DNA from: Flavobacteriales bacterium
GTDB lineage: Bacteria > Bacteroidota > Bacteroidia > Flavobacteriales_F > PHOS-HE28
Direction of reading: 5' to 3'
DNA length: 39,502 bases
Assembly: GCA_044343855.1 (NCBI GenBank)
Contig: JBIJDX010000002.1
Location: forward strand, 1-39,502
The position numbers and the translations under genes were made by a program. Below are positions 34,681 through 39,502 of this stretch, in pieces; within the stretch, counting starts at the first letter, position 1; each line of letters opens with the position of its first letter. Under the pieces are notes generated by a model, which did no database searches, had not been told where the DNA came from, and worked only from the letters and a program-made list of their open reading frames with translations.

Positions 34681-34748
34681 CGACCCGGCAAAGGGAAATC
34701 CCTACATTTAGCCGCCACAGAACACTCTTCGACCTGAAACATCCCGCC

Positions 34749-37016
34749 ATGAACCTAGGCTGCTCGGCCATCGTCACCATCGGGCTCACCCTGATCCATC
34801 TCCCTGCCTTGGCCCAGGGGGACAACACCTCCTTCAACTGGAAATTCGAGGAGGGGAACAAGTTGATGGAGGAGAAGCTGTTCAACCAGGCTGCGGACAT
34901 CTGGTCCAAACTTCTCGCGACCGACCCGGACAACGCCAACCTGAGTTACAAGTTGGGGTACTCCTACTTCCAGTCATATAACCAGAAATCCAAGGCGCTG
35001 CCGCACCTGGAACAGGCCGCCCGCGCTCGCTCCGCAGGCAAGTATGGCGGCTTCAACACGGCGGGTTATGACGCCTTCGATCCCAAGGAACGCAATGCGC
35101 CCGTGGAGGTGGACTATTACCTGGGCCGTGCCTACCACCTGAACGACCAGTTCGACAAGGCGGACAGCTTCTACCAGAAATTCCTGGACGAGGTTGACGA
35201 GCGCCATGAACTGAGGCCGGCAGCCATCCGTGGCAAGGAACAGACCGCCAATGCCCGGATCCTCAAAGCAGACCCGGTCGAGTACACCCTTTCCAACGCC
35301 GGGCCCGTCATCAACAATGACCTCCCCGACTTCAGCCCGGTGCTGTCAGTGGATGGCAACGCACTGTTCTATACCTCCCGCCGCGTCAGGCCTGACAGCA
35401 GCAACGCGAATGTCATCGATGCCATCGCAGGCCTTCCCTACGAGAACATCTATGTGAGCTACAAGGACAGGGACGGGAACTGGCAGGCGCCTGAACTGCT
35501 CAACATCAATCCCACCGGGGCCGGCCACCTCGCATCAGCGAACGTCGCCGCCGATGGACAGACCCTGTTCATCTATCGCGATGACGGTGGGGATGGCAAC
35601 ATCTACGAGAGCAAGCTCGTCGGTGAGGTATGGAGCGATCCCGTGCTCATGGGCAGCGACATCAATACCAAGGCCTGGGAGACCCATGGAACACTGAGCG
35701 CGGACGGGAACACCTTCTACTTCATCAGCGACCGCAAAGGCGGTGTGGGCGGCAGGGACATCTACCGTGTGGTGCGTCTGCCGGACGGCACATGGAGCAA
35801 GGCCCAGACGCTGAGCACAACAGTGAACACCCCCTACGACGAGGACGGCGTGTTCATCCACCCCAATGGGCGTACGCTCTATTTCAGTTCGCAGGGACAC
35901 AACTCCATGGGAGGCTTCGACGTGTTCGTGACCGACCTCCAGGAGAATGGCTCGTGGGGTGTTCCGCAGAACCTTGGCTATCCGCTGAACACCGTAGACG
36001 ATGAGGTCTTCTTCATCACCACGGCAGACGGACGACGGGGCTATTTCAGCAGTGACAAGATCGGCGGCTTCGGCGAAAAGGACATCTACTTCGTTGACCT
36101 GCCTTCCGAACTTGAAACCGAAGGACTTACCGTACTCAAAGGCTTCATCATCCCCCCTCCGGGCGGTACCCTGCCACCCAGCACGATCCTCTATGTCACC
36201 GACAAATCCAGTGGCGAGGTGAAGACCTATAAGCCTCGCCAGCGCGACGGCGTTTACGTTGCCATCCTGCCCCCGTGCAAGGAATACAACCTGGACTACC
36301 GGGTGGACGACCGCACGGTACACACGGAGAACATTTTCGTGGAGTGTGAAAGCGCCTACCAGGAGATCAACAAGGAGATCTACCTGAACCCGGTTTCACT
36401 GGCCGGTCCGGCTACCATGGCAGACCTGCCCAAGGGTTCGCCGCCCGGCAAGAAGGAAAAGGGAACGCCCGCGAAAACGGACGTCCCCAGGAAGACCGCC
36501 AAGGAACCTGAGGTGCCGACCGGCGTGGTTGCGAAAGGTGATACCTCGGAGAAACCCGACGCGCAGCCAGTGGCACGGACGGACCAGAGGACCGACGCCC
36601 AGAAGAAGGAGACGGGTGCCACCAGGACCACACCGGATGCAAGCTATGCGGACGAGTACACCAAGATGTACGCTTACAACGCGAAGGACATCGACCTCAA
36701 CGAGGCACGCTGGCGCGCGTTCATCGACGTGGTGGTGGGCTTGATCGAGAAGAACGGTGAGGCCCGTGTGGTGATCGAGGCCAGTGCCTCCAAGGTCCCC
36801 ACGAGAACCTTCGGGACCAACGAGAACCTCAGCCGCCAGCGCATGGAGGACGCCCGCAAACGGATCGTTGAAGCCGTTGGTGCCCGCGGCAAGGATGCCA
36901 ACCTGTTGAAGCTTGAGGCCGTGAACAACCTGGTGCAGGGCCCCCGCTACGGATCCGACCCCCAGAACACGGAGAAGTACGAGAAGTACCAATATGTGAA
37001 GTTGAAGGTGCGCTGA
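34749..37016 (+). CDS. secreted TPR + TolB-like (PD40/WD40-like) beta-propeller repeat protein with low-complexity linker and divergent OmpA-like C-terminal domain
   Basis: Start at the internal ATG 34749 with signal peptide MNLGCSAIVTIGLTLIHLPALAQG. An N-terminal TPR-like region is followed by repeated PD40 motifs (SPVLSVDGNALFYTSRR, SADGNTFYFISDRKGGVGGRDIY, FIHPNGRTLYFSSQGHNSMGGFDVF, GYFSSDKIGGFGEKDIY). A Lys/Pro/Thr/Glu-rich linker spans about 36400..36650. The C-terminus has an OmpA-like pattern with non-canonical residues. Confidence 0.8.
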   Translation: MNLGCSAIVTIGLTLIHLPALAQGDNTSFNWKFEEGNKLMEEKLFNQAADIWSKLLATDPDNANLSYKLGYSYFQSYNQKSKALPHLEQAARARSAGKYGGFNTAGYDAFDPKERNAPVEVDYYLGRAYHLNDQFDKADSFYQKFLDEVDERHELRPAAIRGKEQTANARILKADPVEYTLSNAGPVINNDLPDFSPVLSVDGNALFYTSRRVRPDSSNANVIDAIAGLPYENIYVSYKDRDGNWQAPELLNINPTGAGHLASANVAADGQTLFIYRDDGGDGNIYESKLVGEVWSDPVLMGSDINTKAWETHGTLSADGNTFYFISDRKGGVGGRDIYRVVRLPDGTWSKAQTLSTTVNTPYDEDGVFIHPNGRTLYFSSQGHNSMGGFDVFVTDLQENGSWGVPQNLGYPLNTVDDEVFFITTADGRRGYFSSDKIGGFGEKDIYFVDLPSELETEGLTVLKGFIIPPPGGTLPPSTILYVTDKSSGEVKTYKPRQRDGVYVAILPPCKEYNLDYRVDDRTVHTENIFVECESAYQEINKEIYLNPVSLAGPATMADLPKGSPPGKKEKGTPAKTDVPRKTAKEPEVPTGVVAKGDTSEKPDAQPVARTDQRTDAQKKETGATRTTPDASYADEYTKMYAYNAKDIDLNEARWRAFIDVVVGLIEKNGEARVVIEASASKVPTRTFGTNENLSRQRMEDARKRIVEAVGARGKDANLLKLEAVNNLVQGPRYGSDPQNTEKYEKYQYVKLKVR

Positions 37017-37037
37017 TCACCGATGCATCCAACAATG

Positions 37038-37063
37038 GGAACCCCGGCGCTGGCCGGGGTTCC
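37038..37063 (+). terminator. GC-rich hairpin, candidate intrinsic terminator after the PD40 gene
   Basis: Perfect 11-bp inverted repeat GGAACCCCGGC (37038..37048) / GCCGGGGTTCC (37053..37063) with a 4-nt loop GCTG. It starts 22 nt after the stop codon. There is no U-tract downstream (tgctatcc), so it may act only as a stabiliser or attenuator before the next gene (ATG 37082). Confidence 0.5.
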
Positions 37064-37081
37064 TGCTATCCACCCCGAAGA

Positions 37082-37858
37082 ATGCTCCTGCAACTCCAAC
37101 GCCCACTGGCCTTTTTCGACCTGGAGACCACCGGCACACGCATCGGTGAGGACAGGATCGTGCAGATCGGTATCCTCAGGCTCATGCCTGATGGCGAGCG
37201 GCGATCCTACCAGACCCTGGTGAATCCGGGCATCCCCATCCCCCCCGAAGCCACTGCCGTGCACCACCTCACGGATGACATGGTGAAGGATGCTCCGTTA
37301 CTGGAAGGTGTGGCCGACATCATCCGCGATGAGTTGGAGGGCTGCGACCTCAGCGGGTTCAACCTGCTCCGCTTCGACATCCCCTTCCTTGCCGAGGAAC
37401 TTCACCGGGTGGGCGTCGACTGGGACCCGATGAAAAGCCGGGTGGTGGACGTTCAGCGCATCTATCACCGCATGGAGCCCCGTGATCTGAGCGCAGCGGT
37501 GAAATTCTTCTGCGGGAGGGAACACACCGGCGCACACGATGCACTGTCTGATGTGGAGGCCACCGCGGATGTGCTCCTGGCACAGCTGGAACGCTATGGT
37601 GCTGCGCTGAGACCGGATATCGACTTCCTCGGCGAATTCAGCGGTGACAGCAAGCGGACACCCGATCCGGCGGGCAAGCTGCGCTTCGACGCAGAAGGCC
37701 AGATCTGCCTCGGCTTCGGCAAGTACACCGGCTGGCCGCTCGAACGCATCGGCCAGAACGACCCCGGCTACGTGCAATGGCTCATGACCAAGGCCGATAT
37801 GCCCGGCACCACCCTGCACGTGATGCGCAAGGCGCTGGCCCATGACGGCGGCAACTGA
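37082..37858 (+). CDS. DEDDh 3'-5' exonuclease (DnaQ/epsilon-like) with ExoX-like C-terminal domain
   Basis: Exo I is LAFFDLETTG, Exo II is LSGFNLLRFDIPFL, and Exo III is GAHDALSDVEAT. The C-terminal segment LGFGKYTGWPLERIGQNDPGYVQWLM resembles the small C-terminal domain found on ExoX-type exonucleases. Confidence 0.85.
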   Translation: MLLQLQRPLAFFDLETTGTRIGEDRIVQIGILRLMPDGERRSYQTLVNPGIPIPPEATAVHHLTDDMVKDAPLLEGVADIIRDELEGCDLSGFNLLRFDIPFLAEELHRVGVDWDPMKSRVVDVQRIYHRMEPRDLSAAVKFFCGREHTGAHDALSDVEATADVLLAQLERYGAALRPDIDFLGEFSGDSKRTPDPAGKLRFDAEGQICLGFGKYTGWPLERIGQNDPGYVQWLMTKADMPGTTLHVMRKALAHDGGN

Positions 37859-37951
37859 CCACCATTGATCCGGAAACTCAACCCGGGTGGCTGACCGGCA
37901 AGGTGCTTACGGCACAACTGACCAACCCACCCGAACGATACACCCTTCACC

Positions 37952-38545
37952 GTGAAGATCGTCTGCATCGGCCGCAACTACACCGAACACGCCCGTGAAC
38001 TGGGCAACGCCATACCGGACGAACCCGTGGTGTTCCTGAAGCCACCCACCGCGCTCATCCCGCACGGCGGACCCATCCGGCTGCCGTCCTTCAGCACCGA
38101 CGTGCACCACGAGGTCGAACTGGTCTACTCCATCCGGCGTCACAACGGACGTGCCGAGGCCGACCGGGTCACCATCGGACTGGACCTCACCGCCCGCGAT
38201 GTCCAGCAGGAACTGAAGCTGAAAGGCCTGCCGTGGGAAAAGGCCAAGGCGTTCGATGGTTCCGCTTACGTGGCCGAAGCGTTCACCGCGGTGGAGTCCT
38301 TCCCGGCCGGCAGGCACATCGAGTTCATGCTGAAGAAGAACGGACGCGTGGTGCAGAGCGGACACAGCGGGCAGATGATGCATGACGCGGCAGCGCTCAT
38401 CGCCCATGTCGAACGCTACATGCTGCTGGAGAATGGCGACCTGCTATTCACAGGAACACCAGCAGGCGTAGGGCATCTGGCCGCCGGTGACCGGCTGGAG
38501 GGCTATCTGCTGGGTGAGCTGCTCTTCGACCTGCAGGTGGCCTGA
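37952..38545 (+). CDS. fumarylacetoacetate hydrolase (FAH) family protein
   Basis: GTG start gives the family-typical N-terminus MKIVCIGRNYTEHARELGN.IPDEPVVFLKPPTALI. The metal-binding block is HHEVELV, with GLDLTARDVQ, KAFDGS and LLFTGTPAGVG. 197 aa. Confidence 0.85.
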   Translation: MKIVCIGRNYTEHARELGNAIPDEPVVFLKPPTALIPHGGPIRLPSFSTDVHHEVELVYSIRRHNGRAEADRVTIGLDLTARDVQQELKLKGLPWEKAKAFDGSAYVAEAFTAVESFPAGRHIEFMLKKNGRVVQSGHSGQMMHDAAALIAHVERYMLLENGDLLFTGTPAGVGHLAAGDRLEGYLLGELLFDLQVA

Positions 38546-38565
38546 ACAGGCAACGTCCTGAAAGG

Positions 38566-38573
38566 TACCTTTG
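38566..38573 (+). promoter_or_regulatory. candidate Bacteroidota sigma-A -7 box (TACCTTTG)
   Basis: Exact TAnnTTTG match 35 nt upstream of the kdsA ATG (38608), in a 62-nt intergenic gap. Confidence 0.45.
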
Positions 38574-38607
38574 CCGTATTGTTGACTGTATCGGTCAGCC
38601 AAGCACC

Positions 38608-39453
38608 ATGTCCAAGATCGTCCACGTCGGCAACATCGCCTGCGGCTCCGAGCAGCTCTTCCTCATCTCCGGTCCCTGCGTGATCGAGACCGAGGACGTG
38701 ATGCTGCGCACCGCCGAGAAGCTCAAGGAGGTGAGCGAGCGCCTGAAGCTGCCCGTGATCTATAAGAGCAGCTTCACCAAGGACAACCGCAGCAGTGTGG
38801 ACTTCTACCAGGGCCCCGGCTTGGACGAAGGATTGAAGGTGCTGGCGCGCATCAAGAAGGACTTCGGCTTCCCCATCCTCACGGACATCCACTACCCCAG
38901 CCAGGCCAAGCCCGCCGCCGAGGTGGTGGACGTGCTGCAGATCCCGGCCTACCTGGTGATGCAGACCACCCTGGTGACCGAGGCCGCGAGAACCGGCGCC
39001 GTGATCAACCTGAAGCACGCCCAGTTCCTGGCGCCGGACAACATGGTCAAGCCGGCCGAGAAGTGCGTGAGCGTGGGGAACGACAGGATCATCCTCACCG
39101 AGCGCGGCTACACCTTCGGCTACAACGACCTCATCGTCGATCCCCGCGCGTTCTACCACATGCGGAAGACCGGCTACCCGGTGGTGTTCGACATCACGCA
39201 CAGCATCCGCAAGTACGGCATCCCCAGCGCCGACCCGCGCGGAGGCAACCGCGACGTGATGCCCACCATCGCACGGGCCGGCGTGGCCGCCGGCGTGGAC
39301 GGCGTGTTCATCGAGACCCACCCCGACCCAAGCAAGGCATTGTGCGACGCCGCCAGCCAGCTCTGCGTGTACGACCTGGAGGAATTCATCAAGCCCCTGC
39401 TCGACCTTCACTCCGTGGAGGTGAAGCACCGCCACCAACTCACCAACGCCTGA
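38608..39453 (+). CDS. kdsA: 3-deoxy-8-phosphooctulonate (KDO-8-P) synthase
   Basis: The 281 aa read FLISGPCVIE, PVIYKSSFTKDNRSS..FYQGPG, LTDIH, VLQIPAYL, NLKHAQFL, ILTERG..FGYN.L.VD, VVFDITHS and GVFIETHPDP, all KdsA blocks. Confidence 0.95.
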   Translation: MSKIVHVGNIACGSEQLFLISGPCVIETEDVMLRTAEKLKEVSERLKLPVIYKSSFTKDNRSSVDFYQGPGLDEGLKVLARIKKDFGFPILTDIHYPSQAKPAAEVVDVLQIPAYLVMQTTLVTEAARTGAVINLKHAQFLAPDNMVKPAEKCVSVGNDRIILTERGYTFGYNDLIVDPRAFYHMRKTGYPVVFDITHSIRKYGIPSADPRGGNRDVMPTIARAGVAAGVDGVFIETHPDPSKALCDAASQLCVYDLEEFIKPLLDLHSVEVKHRHQLTNA

Positions 39454-39502
39454 TCGGAGCACCCGTTGCGGGGGGCCCCGGGGGGGGCGCCACGGGGGGG
39501 GC

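Noticed and set aside
37952-38545. Possible link between the FAH-family hydrolase and the homogentisate-prenyltransferase-like locus, since FAH acts in homogentisate catabolism.
   Set aside because: The two loci are 32 kb apart. The protein is the short (197-aa) generic FAH-fold type found in many unrelated pathways, and no homogentisate dioxygenase or maleylacetoacetate isomerase gene is nearby. The link is not supportable from this window.
1-39502. Search by eye for tRNA/rRNA genes, transposases, integrases, toxin-antitoxin pairs, restriction-modification or other defence systems.
   Set aside because: No tRNA-like T-arm or acceptor patterns appear in intergenic regions, no rRNA-like stretches were seen, and no ORF carries DDE/tyrosine-recombinase, Cas, RT, or typical nuclease-NTPase defence signatures. 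The only stand-alone nuclease (37082..37858) is a housekeeping-type DEDDh exonuclease. A profile-based scan could still reveal something I cannot see by eye.

Overview
GC-rich (about 60-65 % G+C by eye) chromosomal segment with hallmarks of Bacteroidota: a type-B T9SS C-terminal sorting domain, SprB-type repeats, TAnnTTTG -7 promoter boxes, and a mutL / rhomboid / rhomboid / EEP-phosphatase gene run. I call about 32 tightly packed protein-coding genes, mostly housekeeping. In window order: phnA (partial), cvfB-like, THUMP RNA methyltransferase, GH3/beta-lactamase fusion, mutL, two rhomboids, EEP, MBOAT plus DltD-like partner, TraB/GumN, mtaB, lgt, inositol monophosphatase, Na+/solute symporter, bestrophin, recR, a 1430-aa T9SS adhesin, a GT2 fusion protein, a 2-oxoacid dehydrogenase E2, a TPR/PD40 protein, a DEDDh exonuclease, an FAH-family hydrolase and kdsA. 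I saw no rRNA, tRNA, CRISPR array, transposase, integrase or phage genes. Many long ORFs in the six-frame track are GC-driven shadow ORFs or spurious N-terminal extensions; several track starts are TTG or GTG, and I re-derived starts where an internal ATG fits better. The most interesting locus is 2575..5651. It is a divergent pair made of (i) a SAM-methyltransferase translationally coupled (ATGA overlap) to a homogentisate-prenyltransferase-like UbiA enzyme and (ii) a single polypeptide fusing a phytol-kinase-like domain (VTE5 / dolichol-kinase family) to a DUF92 domain (VTE6, phytyl-phosphate kinase family). This resembles a prenol-salvage plus aromatic-prenylation module of the tocochromanol type, in what looks like a non-photosynthetic Bacteroidota context. 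Secondary items: a GT2 glycosyltransferase fused to a WbaP-like membrane/Rossmann module with an apparently gutted phosphoglycosyl-transferase domain; an orphan MBOAT/DltD-like pair; a PD40 protein with a degenerate OmpA-like C-terminus; a recurring GGTACCTTTG promoter box; and a repeated G6-CCCN-G7/8 intergenic motif. All functional calls come from reading motifs by eye; no database search was run.
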